Origin: an uncultured Planctomycetia bacterium
GTDB taxonomy: Bacteria > Omnitrophota > Gorgyraeia > 2-02-FULL-51-18
Reading direction: 5' to 3'
NCBI GenBank assembly: GCA_964402785.1
Contig: CAYODQ010000005.1
Location: 1 to 61,710 of the forward strand
DNA: 61,710 bases
Shown: positions 7,796 to 16,482 of the stretch, one piece after another
Layout of the letters: every line of letters begins with the position of its first letter
Position numbering within the stretch: position 1 is the stretch's first letter
Notes under the pieces: generated by a model
What the model saw: the letters and a program-made list of their open reading frames with translations, nothing else
Database searches by the model: none
What the model was told of the DNA's origin: nothing
Translations under genes and position numbers: made by a program

Positions 7796-9241
7796 TTAGT
7801 TTTCTTGTGGGGCTGCCGAGTAGATGATCTTTTGGCCATCTGGCGAGAAATCATAGCCTATCTCGAGAATTGAAGACTTCTTAAATTCCTCTATGTCAGC
7901 GGTTTCCATGGATAGTTTGTATAAGTTAAAGCCAAAGCCAGATTTTATGTCATTGGCGGGTCGCGCTTTGATCAGGATCTTATCCTCATCCACAGGATCC
8001 GCCATGAGCCCTGCTATGTTCCCCAGCCCATAAGGCACCAAGCTTATCTGATTGACCTTTTGGCCCTCGATATCGATAAAAACAATATCCGTAAAGGATT
8101 GATACATGATCACGGGCTCATTTTTGAGCCAAGCAGCAAACTGAGGCGTTTTAAAGAAATCGTTTTCATGGGTCAGCTGTATTGGATCTCCCCCCGAGGA
8201 GGGCATCACAAAGATCTGCTTTTCGTCACCCTTGACGCTTTGGATATACAGCAACCACCGACCATCGCCGGATATTGAAAGATCCTGCTTTGCATTCCCA
8301 TCCGTTGTCAGCGGCCGGCTCGAATTAGTAGAAAATTCATATACGTGAACATCGCTTTTTCCTTTATCGGTGGTGAGATAAAAGATCGCGCTATCGTCAA
8401 GCGACCACATCGGCGAGACATTGAAACGGCCGTCCTTGACCAATGTTTTTCGATCAACGCCATCAGATGAAAAAAGATCGAGCGACGCCGAATGATCATC
8501 CCCTTTGGTGACGCTGGAAAAAGCGATACGGCTGCCATCATGCGAAAAACGCGGAAAAGCATTTCTACCGTCTCGGGTCAGGCGGATTATCTCCGTGCTT
8601 CGCAGATCCTCCACGCAGATATCCATGCGGCTTGCTTTTTTCATATAGAAAAATGAAATACCAAAAACAAATACGACAAATAAAACAATAAAAGCCGTAA
8701 CAATGCCCAAGGCGATCAGCCAGCCTTTACGACGTGATTTTTTAGTATGAGCGGCTGCCGAAAAATAGGCTTTAACCTCGGGTTTTCTTAAAAAAATAAG
8801 AAGATAGACCGATAAAGCCATATCAAAGCCGTACACGATAAGCATGGGAAGGTCTTTCGCGACAGCGCTAAGGCCCAGCGGGATAAAAATGAGGTTCGAA
8901 ACAAAACAAACCAAAAGCCATATTCTGGCCCAATTCTTCCTACGCAGAAATTCATAAACTAAATAAAGCCCCCAGATCATGGAGATCAGCATGGTGTAGC
9001 GCAGGCTATGAAAAACATTGCCGGGTAAAAAGCAAAGCAAACAAGTCAGCATGGATGCGATCATCAATCCAGCTGCCCATCGAAGGCGTGTGAGAAGAGT
9101 TGGGCTTGTTCTTAGTTCTTGTTGTGACTCGGACACCGAAGAGGTGCTGACGGGCGGGGCGTTGACAGGCGCTTCGCATACCGGACACTCAACCACATCG
9201 GGTGTTTCGGGGATATATGAATTACATTTTTTACAATACAT
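7796..9241 (-). CDS. Zn-ribbon + multi-TM + TolB-like (PD40) beta-propeller protein
   Basis: N-terminal CKKC..CPVC, ~5 TM helices, repeats such as PRFSHDGSRIAF, PMWSLDD, SISGDGRWLLY, DFSPDGQKIIY. Confidence 0.8.
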   Translation of the reverse strand: MYCKKCNSYIPETPDVVECPVCEAPVNAPPVSTSSVSESQQELRTSPTLLTRLRWAAGLMIASMLTCLLCFLPGNVFHSLRYTMLISMIWGLYLVYEFLRRKNWARIWLLVCFVSNLIFIPLGLSAVAKDLPMLIVYGFDMALSVYLLIFLRKPEVKAYFSAAAHTKKSRRKGWLIALGIVTAFIVLFVVFVFGISFFYMKKASRMDICVEDLRSTEIIRLTRDGRNAFPRFSHDGSRIAFSSVTKGDDHSASLDLFSSDGVDRKTLVKDGRFNVSPMWSLDDSAIFYLTTDKGKSDVHVYEFSTNSSRPLTTDGNAKQDLSISGDGRWLLYIQSVKGDEKQIFVMPSSGGDPIQLTHENDFFKTPQFAAWLKNEPVIMYQSFTDIVFIDIEGQKVNQISLVPYGLGNIAGLMADPVDEDKILIKARPANDIKSGFGFNLYKLSMETADIEEFKKSSILEIGYDFSPDGQKIIYSAAPQEN

Positions 9242-9834
9242 CAGTTTTTAGTTTTCTCATGCAAATGGATCAGGATGATCGCGATCAGCGACCCTAGAAA
9301 ATTAAAAACAAGATCCAGGGCAGTATTCACATAGCCGCCAACCCCGGTTTGGGAAAGTAAAAGCGTGGCCAAAAACTCAACGATCTCATTGAGCGCCCCC
9401 ATCCCCATCCCGAAACCCACCAAGATGAGATACACCACGCCGCGCATTGCTTGATGCGAAAGGTGTGGCTTGAGCAAATGAAAGCCCACCCATGTGGTAA
9501 TAGCGAACCCGAAACAATGGACAACCTGGTCATACCTCAAAAGAACCAGCTCGCCTCTTGAGACGAGCGGTAGGAGTGTCTGAGCATACAGCACCCCCTC
9601 ACCGATACGCACCCCGCCCCCAGCCATATGAAGAAGTCCCCAGATCGAAAGACACCACAAGATCGGCGCGCCAAATTTGGTGTGTGGAAGTGTAAAAAAG
9701 ATAAGGATAAAAAAGAAAAGCAGAACACCGACATACAACAAGAACTCAAAATTACGATGGAGCACATAATGGATCGTAAATGCCGACATATAAACCAGAT
9801 TAAACAGAAGGATCGCGCGATATTCTTTGAGCAT
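9241..9834 (-). CDS. DUF2238-like inner membrane protein
   Basis: LHMAGG, RYDQVVHCFG, ALNEIVEF, YVNTALDL motifs. Confidence 0.75.
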   Translation of the reverse strand: MLKEYRAILLFNLVYMSAFTIHYVLHRNFEFLLYVGVLLFFFILIFFTLPHTKFGAPILWCLSIWGLLHMAGGGVRIGEGVLYAQTLLPLVSRGELVLLRYDQVVHCFGFAITTWVGFHLLKPHLSHQAMRGVVYLILVGFGMGMGALNEIVEFLATLLLSQTGVGGYVNTALDLVFNFLGSLIAIILIHLHEKTKN

Positions 9835-9849
9835 TGAGCCTCACCCTTT

Positions 9850-9878
9850 TTGTGAACGCGTTCAGTATAGTGTATAAT
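9850..9878 (+). promoter_or_regulatory. Sigma70 promoter TTGTGA-N17-TATAAT with overlapping 12-bp palindrome TGAACGCGTTCA (9853-9864)
   Basis: Read directly; ATG 9886 lies 7 nt after the -10 box. Confidence 0.6.
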
Positions 9879-9885
9879 GCGCTCC

Positions 9886-10260
9886 ATGAAAGAACGTAGA
9901 AAATTTCTCAGGTTCAAAGTTGGCGTCCAAGTTCAGTGGAAGAAGATCGTGGCTCCCGAACAGCGCTCGGCATTGCATATCAGCCAGGTCAAGGACATAT
10001 CGGTTGGCGGTGTATGTTTAGTGCTGCACCCAGGTATTGTCGTCGGAGACACTTTAGAGCTTGAGATCTCTATCCCCCGATCAAGCCCGATCCAAGTGAC
10101 CGCGCACGTGGTGTGGGTCGATCCAAACGCGCGCGACAAAGACTGGCCCGGCACCTATTATGAGGGTGGTATTACTTTTTTAAATATCACCGAAGCGCAG
10201 CAAGTGATCTTGAATAAATATCTGACCAGCGCGCCGCCCAAGATCGAAGGGCACAAATAG
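9886..10260 (+). CDS. PilZ domain protein (c-di-GMP receptor)
   Basis: RKFLR (RxxxR) and DISVGG (DxSxxG) motifs; start moved to MKERRK. Confidence 0.9.
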   Translation: MKERRKFLRFKVGVQVQWKKIVAPEQRSALHISQVKDISVGGVCLVLHPGIVVGDTLELEISIPRSSPIQVTAHVVWVDPNARDKDWPGTYYEGGITFLNITEAQQVILNKYLTSAPPKIEGHK

Positions 10261-10301
10261 ACCGCTGCTATTTTAAGTTTTGGGCAGGCTTGAATCCCTA
10301 T

Positions 10302-11279
10302 TTATTTGGCTCGCGCGTTAAATTGCGTATGATACAATCGACCAATTTTGATTCCGGCCCATCCGCAAAAGAACATCACAAAGTATCCTAGCAGTCCACC
10401 GGCAAGAAAAAACGGTCTTTCCCCGCCGCGCGCACCGTACTGAGCAGATGTTTTCATCATCATAAATAAGACGTAAAGAAACATCAGAAAGAATCGTCCA
10501 AGATTGAAATTGCCTCGCTTGTCATGAGCAAAAGCAAACAAGGCGCATGAAACGAGAGATGGGATGATGGATTCAAGGTAGCCCGTTCTGGATACGCTTC
10601 CCCAGATGATGGGCACGGCGATAAGCCCTCCGATCAGCATAACGCCCGATATATACGGAATATAATCCACCTCTTCAAACATCCCCTTTGCTGGGGGAGC
10701 GGGCTGCACATCCTTGGCGGGCATCGACGCAGTGACGGGAGCTGCTGGAATAGATGGAATAAGTTTCACGTCGGCTGGATACCCTCTCCAGGCAAACATT
10801 GCTTTTAATAGCAGTCCATATGCCAAGAAACCAAGCGATGCGGTCACTATCGAGAGTAAAGGCATCATTCTTGCGACGCTTGCCGTCGTGTACGCGGTCA
10901 TATACGCATCAAATACGAACTTAGGCGCCAACATTGAGATAGCCTCAAGGATAATAGCTATCCCCACAAATTGAAGGGGCTTTTTTTCTTCGGCCCACGA
11001 GAGTTGCCTCCAACACAGGACCGCGCAAACTAAGGCCAGAAACAAGATCCAATTCATTACTGATAAAACATGGAACACAACAATGATCATGTCAGAGTTC
11101 ATTGCAACCATCATCAGGAGGATCTGAAGGGCTGTGCTCAAAATGGCCAACAAAGTCTTGGCCGAAAAGACCATAAAGCCCATTTTTGCCGGCTGCTCGC
11201 CAAAAACTTGCATTTTTTTACATTGCTTGGCGGCGTGACTATAAAAAACTATAAAAAGGACCCCGATGATGATATGCAT
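10302..11279 (-). CDS. Hypothetical polytopic membrane protein with Pro/Ala linker
   Basis: ~9 hydrophobic segments; start likely MHIIIG. Confidence 0.7.
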   Translation of the reverse strand: MHIIIGVLFIVFYSHAAKQCKKMQVFGEQPAKMGFMVFSAKTLLAILSTALQILLMMVAMNSDMIIVVFHVLSVMNWILFLALVCAVLCWRQLSWAEEKKPLQFVGIAIILEAISMLAPKFVFDAYMTAYTTASVARMMPLLSIVTASLGFLAYGLLLKAMFAWRGYPADVKLIPSIPAAPVTASMPAKDVQPAPPAKGMFEEVDYIPYISGVMLIGGLIAVPIIWGSVSRTGYLESIIPSLVSCALFAFAHDKRGNFNLGRFFLMFLYVLFMMMKTSAQYGARGGERPFFLAGGLLGYFVMFFCGWAGIKIGRLYHTQFNARAK

Positions 11280-11292
11280 GATCACTCCCCGT

Positions 11293-12105
11293 TTAAGGAA
11301 TTCTCGCAGTGGTAAAGAGCACATCCACGTTCAGTGATATTTCTTTTCCGCCCGCCATCCGTAGGACCTCAGACATATTTTCATGCTTAAAAGACTTGAT
11401 TTGCTCGTCAGACATTTTATTCAAAAAAGCTCTAAATCCGGTGAAACGAACCAGATCCCACCAATCCTCCGCACTGGAAAGCGAGTGGCCCATTTGTGCG
11501 CGTGAGTGTCTGATATCTTTCAGGCCCAATTTTTCAAATAAGGCGGCATTTTTACTCTCATTATCCAACTTCTCCCATGTGTAAGTAGCCGGCAGCTTGA
11601 TACCATATCGCATAAATCGGTTGAGCGTCGCCACAGACTGCGGCTCAAATGAGCCTTTGGCAAAACTAGTGATCGCAACAAATGCCCCCGACTTAAGAGA
11701 TTTTAGAAGGTGGGCCATCGATCGATCCATATGCTCCCAAAAGTGCACGCCAAATGAACAAAACAAACCATCAAACTGTGCGCTCGAGAAGCCGGTATGG
11801 TCAATATCGCTGTGTTCAAAATGGATATTCTGTAGGCCTATCTTGGCGGCTTTTTGACGAGCTTGTGCGAGCATGTGCTCCGAAATGTCCACTGCGGTGA
11901 CATGGCCCGATTTAAGTTTTTGCGCTAAGCGAAGTGCTACTTTGCCGGTACCGGTGCAAACATCCAGAACATGTTCATGCCCAGCCAGCTCCACCAACTG
12001 CGTGATATAGTCGGCGGTGTTGTCAAAAAACCGTAAGGCCGCAGAGTCGTAGCCCTCGGCCGCCTCGTCAAATGCAGCGCTTACCGTCTTCTTGTAGTTG
12101 TCCAT
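11293..12105 (-). CDS. Class I SAM-dependent methyltransferase (UbiE-like)
   Basis: VLDVCTGTG, VTAVDISEHML. Confidence 0.9.
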   Translation of the reverse strand: MDNYKKTVSAAFDEAAEGYDSAALRFFDNTADYITQLVELAGHEHVLDVCTGTGKVALRLAQKLKSGHVTAVDISEHMLAQARQKAAKIGLQNIHFEHSDIDHTGFSSAQFDGLFCSFGVHFWEHMDRSMAHLLKSLKSGAFVAITSFAKGSFEPQSVATLNRFMRYGIKLPATYTWEKLDNESKNAALFEKLGLKDIRHSRAQMGHSLSSAEDWWDLVRFTGFRAFLNKMSDEQIKSFKHENMSEVLRMAGGKEISLNVDVLFTTARIP

Positions 12106-12115
12106 TTATTTTGTT

Positions 12116-12511
12116 TTATTTATGGTGCTTGAAAATAGATAAGGCCAGCAATATAAAACCAATCGCGATTAAAACCGAGCTCAAAGGTGCGGAGTCGTGT
12201 AGAGAATCCGAAAGGATAAACTTGTGCGGCTGGGACGGGATCAGCGTGAGCCGGACGTCGTCACCTACTTTAAAGGCTAACCAACGCTTGCTGAGCGCTG
12301 TGTTGCCTGCCTGGTATTCTTTTCCGTTCACATGGTAAGAGACATGGACACGAGCCGACTGTGGCAATCGCATCCACATCTGAGCCGGCTCTATCTTGAC
12401 GATCTTGGCTTCCACCCTCAGATCAGAGCTCTTAAAGCCCTGGTAATCAACCCAAGCTTTTGCGCCAAAACCGATGAGAATCAGCCCCAAAGCGATCAGC
12501 AATTTGCTCAT
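12116..12511 (-). CDS. DUF3592-like membrane protein
   Basis: TM - beta domain (VSYHVNGKEY...KVGDDV) - TM. Confidence 0.65.
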   Translation of the reverse strand: MSKLLIALGLILIGFGAKAWVDYQGFKSSDLRVEAKIVKIEPAQMWMRLPQSARVHVSYHVNGKEYQAGNTALSKRWLAFKVGDDVRLTLIPSQPHKFILSDSLHDSAPLSSVLIAIGFILLALSIFKHHK

Positions 12512-12567
12512 AGGAGGACTATTGTACCAAAAGGAAGCAAAGTTGTGGTGTCAGACCTTAAGGGATA

Positions 12568-12732
12568 TCAAAAAATATCGTATTTGTAACGACGCGTAGA
12601 TTGCTCCAGCCGCTTGATTTGACGCAGATGTTTTTTCTCTAGCGCCAGTCTGAATCGCAGAGCCTTTTCCATGCCCAGCGCCAAAAGCACGGACTGTGAT
12701 CTATCTTTGTTGACCCAAGAGTCCTGCCGCAT
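12568..12732 (-). CDS. Small hypothetical protein, 54 aa (MRQDSWVNKD...RRYKYDIF), below the ORF-track cutoff
   Basis: Manually translated; fills the gap co-directionally. Confidence 0.45.
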   Translation of the reverse strand: MRQDSWVNKDRSQSVLLALGMEKALRFRLALEKKHLRQIKRLEQSTRRYKYDIF

Positions 12733-12836
12733 ACTCAAAACCTCGCATACATAGAACCACTTGATCTATTTAAAGTATGACCTATGACGCAGCCACATTA
12801 AATAGCCGGCTTAAATATGCTGGATTTTGGAAGTGC

Positions 12837-13235
12837 TTAATTTGCCTGAAAATCCTTGATATAGGTGGCGATGAAACCACTTTCTTCTGGGGTGATCTGC
12901 GAGAACTGAACGCCCACATGATAATGCTGCTTCTTGAGCGCTTCGCAATACCGCACCTGACCCTCCAACTTAAAAAAACGCATGCGGAACTCTTCGATCT
13001 CGGTTTTGGTATTGATGAGCTCAAAGCGAAGCTTGACGGGCGTATCCACCGGGATCGGCCTATCGACATCCAAACCAATACCACCCACGCTGACATCGAG
13101 CGCCACAGCCGGATATTCCTCCGATCCGGCGTCCATATTCACTGGAATAGGAAGAGTGAGGTTAAAAATAACCGAAAACTCCCCCTCAGCTCGTGGGTGC
13201 TGCCGTCTATCTTTACCGCTAAGCTCGTCGTTCAT
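12837..13235 (-). CDS. PilZ domain protein
   Basis: RQHPR and DVSVGG motifs. Confidence 0.9.
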   Translation of the reverse strand: MNDELSGKDRRQHPRAEGEFSVIFNLTLPIPVNMDAGSEEYPAVALDVSVGGIGLDVDRPIPVDTPVKLRFELINTKTEIEEFRMRFFKLEGQVRYCEALKKQHYHVGVQFSQITPEESGFIATYIKDFQAN

Positions 13236-13332
13236 AAAGTCCTTTCAAAATACATCGTATCACTTGGTTGATTCAGGCGGTATCTACCCTTGAATGGTTT
13301 GAAGATTTGACATGGATCTATTCTACCAAATT

Positions 13333-13384
13333 ACCTAACGCTTCCCCACCGGACTGCGTCCGGCATGCTGGATTATTGTTCCCG
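13333..13384 (-). repeat. attC-like site; right copy of a 32-bp direct repeat (in minus-strand reading)
   Basis: Minus strand: GAAC-AATAA-TCC..CCGGAC-GCA-GTCCGG..GGGGAAGC-GTTAGGT (GTTRRRY core). Confidence 0.4.
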
Positions 13385-13706
13385 CTTGGTAAACGAGCCA
13401 TGCATTGATAGCCGCGCAAATAGCAAGAGGAGCAACCGCAAGTAGGCCATAAACGGCGGGATTTGGGGAGTGCGTTTCATACCAAGCCACATAACCACTG
13501 CCTTGGATAACTGGAAAAGCGAGTATACTCCAAGGCAAGGTGACAAGAATTGGAAGTACGCCACAAAACTCAGACTGTGCCGTGTGAAAAATCAAAAAAT
13601 AAAACATCGACCCAACCGCCAGCGCAAAAATAGCCAAATAAACCGCCGCAAACCAGATGCCCATCCTAAATTTTGCCCGATCATTCACAGCGCGCTCACC
13701 CTCCAT
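13335..13706 (-). CDS. Cassette-like hypothetical membrane protein
   Basis: GAGGAG SD before ATG 13706; 3 TM; bracketed by 32-bp direct repeats. Confidence 0.7.
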   Translation of the reverse strand: MEGERAVNDRAKFRMGIWFAAVYLAIFALAVGSMFYFLIFHTAQSEFCGVLPILVTLPWSILAFPVIQGSGYVAWYETHSPNPAVYGLLAVAPLAICAAINAWLVYQAGTIIQHAGRSPVGKR

Positions 13707-13734
13707 TTTCTCCTCTCGCCTGCCGTAAAAAATT

Positions 13735-13766
13735 CTAATGCTTCCCCACCGGACTACGTCCGGCAT
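13735..13766 (-). repeat. 32-bp direct repeat of 13335-13366 (half attC-like site, core mutated to ATTAGAA)
   Basis: CTAATGCTTCCCCACCGGACTACGTCCGGCAT vs CTAACGCTTCCCCACCGGACTGCGTCCGGCAT, 30/32 identical. Confidence 0.85.
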
Positions 13767-13770
13767 ATAG

Positions 13771-14031
13771 TCATATCGATATTGCTTTAGCCAATTTAAT
13801 ATCTTTCATCGTGACACCGCCCGCATCACGAGTCGTCAAAACCACTTTGAGCATTTTGTAACGCGTCAAATGTAGATCCGGATGATGATCCTCCTTCTCA
13901 GCCAGCCGAGCAATCATCTGGATCATCTTAACTGCCGCCATAAAATCCTTGCACTTAAATTCTTTCCAAATCGTCTTATTCTTGGCCGAGCATTTCCAAC
14001 CCGGGAGGTTTTTGATGTCAGTTTTGATCAA
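13771..14031 (-). CDS. Pterin-4-alpha-carbinolamine dehydratase
   Basis: LPGW, FKCKDF, AEKEDHHPDL, LTTRDAGGVTMKDI. Confidence 0.92.
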   Translation of the reverse strand: MIKTDIKNLPGWKCSAKNKTIWKEFKCKDFMAAVKMIQMIARLAEKEDHHPDLHLTRYKMLKVVLTTRDAGGVTMKDIKLAKAISI

Positions 14032-14300
14032 TGAGATGGTTTGGGGCAGCCTTCCATCTGCAAGATGTAATACCCAGATTTGGCAACTTCCGCTTCGATT
14101 ACAGGAGGAGCAGACTCCGTATGACAGAAATTGCAGCGCTCCGATTTGAGCGCATCGGCCTCTTCGCCGATAGAGGCTAAAAATGAGCGCGCATATTCCA
14201 AAGCCGCTTTTTTACTGCCACCGCTCGGCATGAGCACATCAAAGTGAATGGTCTTGCCCTTCTTGGAAGTAGCATAAGTATCGTATACGTCGATTTTCAT
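14028..14300 (-). CDS. DUF2024 family protein
   Basis: VYDTYA..IHFDVL...CNFCHTE...GYYILQMEGC. Confidence 0.85.
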   Translation of the reverse strand: MKIDVYDTYATSKKGKTIHFDVLMPSGGSKKAALEYARSFLASIGEEADALKSERCNFCHTESAPPVIEAEVAKSGYYILQMEGCPKPSH

Positions 14301-14370
14301 GGATCTCTGATCAGCCTCCTATTCAAACGTGTCCCTTTTCCATCGCTTGGGACGGGGTTCGGCATTTTAA

Positions 14371-14640
14371 CTATCCGAATATATCCGCGTGAGTGCCTGT
14401 TCTAACGAGATAAAGCGTATGCGCATCCGCCTGATATACGACTAGCCAATCGGACTCAAGACGGCATTCCCGGAATCCTGCAAAATCACCGGATAATGGA
14501 TGATCCTTGAATTTTGCGGGAAGCGCATGGCCTGTCGCCAAAAGTTCAATAAGATAGCGAAGCTTGGACGTATCCTTGCCTCGTCGAGTTAACAGCTTTG
14601 TGTCTTTGGCGAATTGCTTGGCGTATTTTAAATCCCGCAC
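14371..14640 (-). CDS. yafQ: YafQ-family type II toxin (RelE superfamily mRNA interferase)
   Basis: KDHPLSGDFAGFRECRLESDWLVVY...LVRTGTHADIF. Confidence 0.92.
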   Translation of the reverse strand: MRDLKYAKQFAKDTKLLTRRGKDTSKLRYLIELLATGHALPAKFKDHPLSGDFAGFRECRLESDWLVVYQADAHTLYLVRTGTHADIFG

Positions 14641-14646
14641 GCGAGA

Positions 14647-14907
14647 TCAGATGCCGAGTTTTTTAAATAGGTCGTCAAGGTCAGCTGCAGTGCCAAGATT
14701 ATTCTTGGTGTGCACGTCTTTCATGGCTTTGAGCGTAGTGTGGTTGGGCATTTTGACATCAAAAGGGATGCCCTTTTGAAGCTTCACCTGGCGGAGAAAC
14801 AAATTGATGGCCTCGCTAAAAGAGATCCCCAGCGCCTTAAATATGCGATCCGTATCCTGCTTCAGGCTCTTTTCCGTCCGAGCCCGTATCATCGCTGATT
14901 TAGCCAT
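14647..14907 (-). CDS. RelB/DinJ-family antitoxin
   Basis: IRARTE..LK...LGISFSEAINLFLRQVKLQKGIPFDV..PN..T. Confidence 0.92.
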   Translation of the reverse strand: MAKSAMIRARTEKSLKQDTDRIFKALGISFSEAINLFLRQVKLQKGIPFDVKMPNHTTLKAMKDVHTKNNLGTAADLDDLFKKLGI

Positions 14908-14930
14908 CGCTAGATCCTCCAGATAATTAA

Positions 14931-14959
14931 ATTGTACCCCATTTGGGATACAGAGTCAA
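14931..14959 (-). promoter_or_regulatory. TA promoter TTGACT-N17-TACAAT with operator palindrome TGTA(t)CCC-aaat-GGG(g)TACA
   Basis: Read on the minus strand; GGAGG SD at 14916-14920. Confidence 0.8.
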
Positions 14960-15004
14960 CATGCAGTCAAGGAGAGATTTGACCCCTAATTGCTAATTAC
15001 AATG

Positions 15005-15451
15005 CTACTGTGAATGAATCTTATTGGTCATTAGCAAGCGATAGATAAGCCCGCCCACTGTTCCATACCCTATAGCCCTGAGCGGGTCTCCGACTATAAT
15101 ACGAACCGTTTCTGCGTTTGGGACAAAGTTCAAGATGCTAAATACAATAGCCCCGCTCAGCGCGCCAAGAATCAAGCTAACCCACAATGATTTTAATGAT
15201 GGCGTATCCGGCACGAGCGCACACAAGAGGATGTGAATGAGAGCCCAAAGAATGGCGGGCTGGATAGACCCCGCAAGTAGAATTACAGGCAGCGCTCCAA
15301 TTCCAAGCGCTGACCCAAATGAAGGCGAGCTCAACTCTTCCACAACTCTTCGGATGTTCCATAGATAAAACACGGCAAGGAGCGCTAGCGGCAGCAAGGC
15401 AAGGCATGCTATAGCAATTAGCATCTTACATATACTTACATATTTTCTCAT
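15005..15451 (-). CDS. Hypothetical membrane protein (4 TM)
   Basis: Hydrophobic ORF between the TA promoter and the transposase left end. Confidence 0.7.
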   Translation of the reverse strand: MRKYVSICKMLIAIACLALLPLALLAVFYLWNIRRVVEELSSPSFGSALGIGALPVILLAGSIQPAILWALIHILLCALVPDTPSLKSLWVSLILGALSGAIVFSILNFVPNAETVRIIVGDPLRAIGYGTVGGLIYRLLMTNKIHSQ

Positions 15452-15519
15452 TTAGCCCTTTTGTTTGAATAAATCGGTCAACAATATAAGGTGTCTATAA
15501 GGTGTCAGTGCCCCATTGT

Positions 15520-16482
15520 ATAAGGTGTCAGTCCTTGACATTTGACACCTTGGCTTCGAGGACCTCAATAGATCTTTCAAGATGCCTGTCCTTTTCTAAC
15601 TTCGCTCTCATTCTGCGCGCAATCTGAGACACGGCAGAATGCGATATTTGAAACATATCCCCTATTTCTCTTTGTGTTGTTCTGGCATACTTGGTAAGCA
15701 TATATATCTGTTGGTTCTTAGGGTAACCTTGGCACAACCGAACAATATTTGCCAGAGGTCGCTGAAAGATCCTTTTTCTCCCCTGAAAGTCTATCTGAGT
15801 TTTATTTGAGATCTTGGTCTTCACTTTATTTAAAAAATCCTCGCTACCCAGGATAGCACCACCTCGAGCGTTTTTTAAAATATCTTGTTGGTCGTTTAGT
15901 CCCTCAAGCACAAAGCTGCGGTACATAGCAGACGATTCAAACTGGCCCAGCGTAAAATCTTTATGGAGAAAATTGGGCGACTTCTCCTTCAGATAATAGC
16001 GCATACTGGAATATTCATGATCTTCCGGATATTTGGTAAGCTTTGCCTTGACCGGATTCAGATGAATATACCGACTCACCTGCAAAAAATAAGCGTCTTT
16101 ATCAACCAAGAGAGCCTTGTATCTTCCCTGAAAAAGGTGACCAACTCTCTTATGTCTGCGGTTAAAACGCTGTGTATAAAGCCCAAGAAGACGCTTCATG
16201 ATATATGAGAGATTGGGATCTTTGGTCTCAATGAGAATATGAAAATGATTGGGCATGAGAGAGTATGCGTGGACAAGGAAATTGTAGGTCAAGGCAGAGT
16301 CGCTGAGAATATCTAGAAAAAGGTTGTAATCGTGGGCCGATCGAAAAATAGACTTACGTTCATTTCCTCGGGAGAAAACGTGGTAGACGGCGTCCGGATA
16401 CTCGATTCGCAGTGGGCGACCCATGCTAGTAAAGTAACATTAATAACGAGCATGTGTCAAATGTCAAGGACTGACACCTTAT
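15520..16482 (-). mobile_element. HUH Y1 transposase element bounded by perfect 29-bp terminal inverted repeats
   Basis: ATAAGGTGTCAGTCCTTGACATTTGACAC at 15520-15548 and its exact reverse complement at 16454-16482. Confidence 0.9.
15528..16424 (-). CDS. RAYT/TnpA-Y1 HUH tyrosine transposase with C-terminal HTH
   Basis: YHVFSRGN, LMPNHFH (HUH), GHLFQGRY, YIHLNP (catalytic Tyr), YSS, C-terminal HTH (TQREIGDMFQISHSAVS). Confidence 0.93.
   Translation of the reverse strand: MGRPLRIEYPDAVYHVFSRGNERKSIFRSAHDYNLFLDILSDSALTYNFLVHAYSLMPNHFHILIETKDPNLSYIMKRLLGLYTQRFNRRHKRVGHLFQGRYKALLVDKDAYFLQVSRYIHLNPVKAKLTKYPEDHEYSSMRYYLKEKSPNFLHKDFTLGQFESSAMYRSFVLEGLNDQQDILKNARGGAILGSEDFLNKVKTKISNKTQIDFQGRKRIFQRPLANIVRLCQGYPKNQQIYMLTKYARTTQREIGDMFQISHSAVSQIARRMRAKLEKDRHLERSIEVLEAKVSNVKD

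Noticed and set aside
9853-9864. Firmicutes-type LexA (Cheo) box
   Set aside because: The spacer is N2, not GAAC-N4-GTTC, and the gene is not a repair gene.
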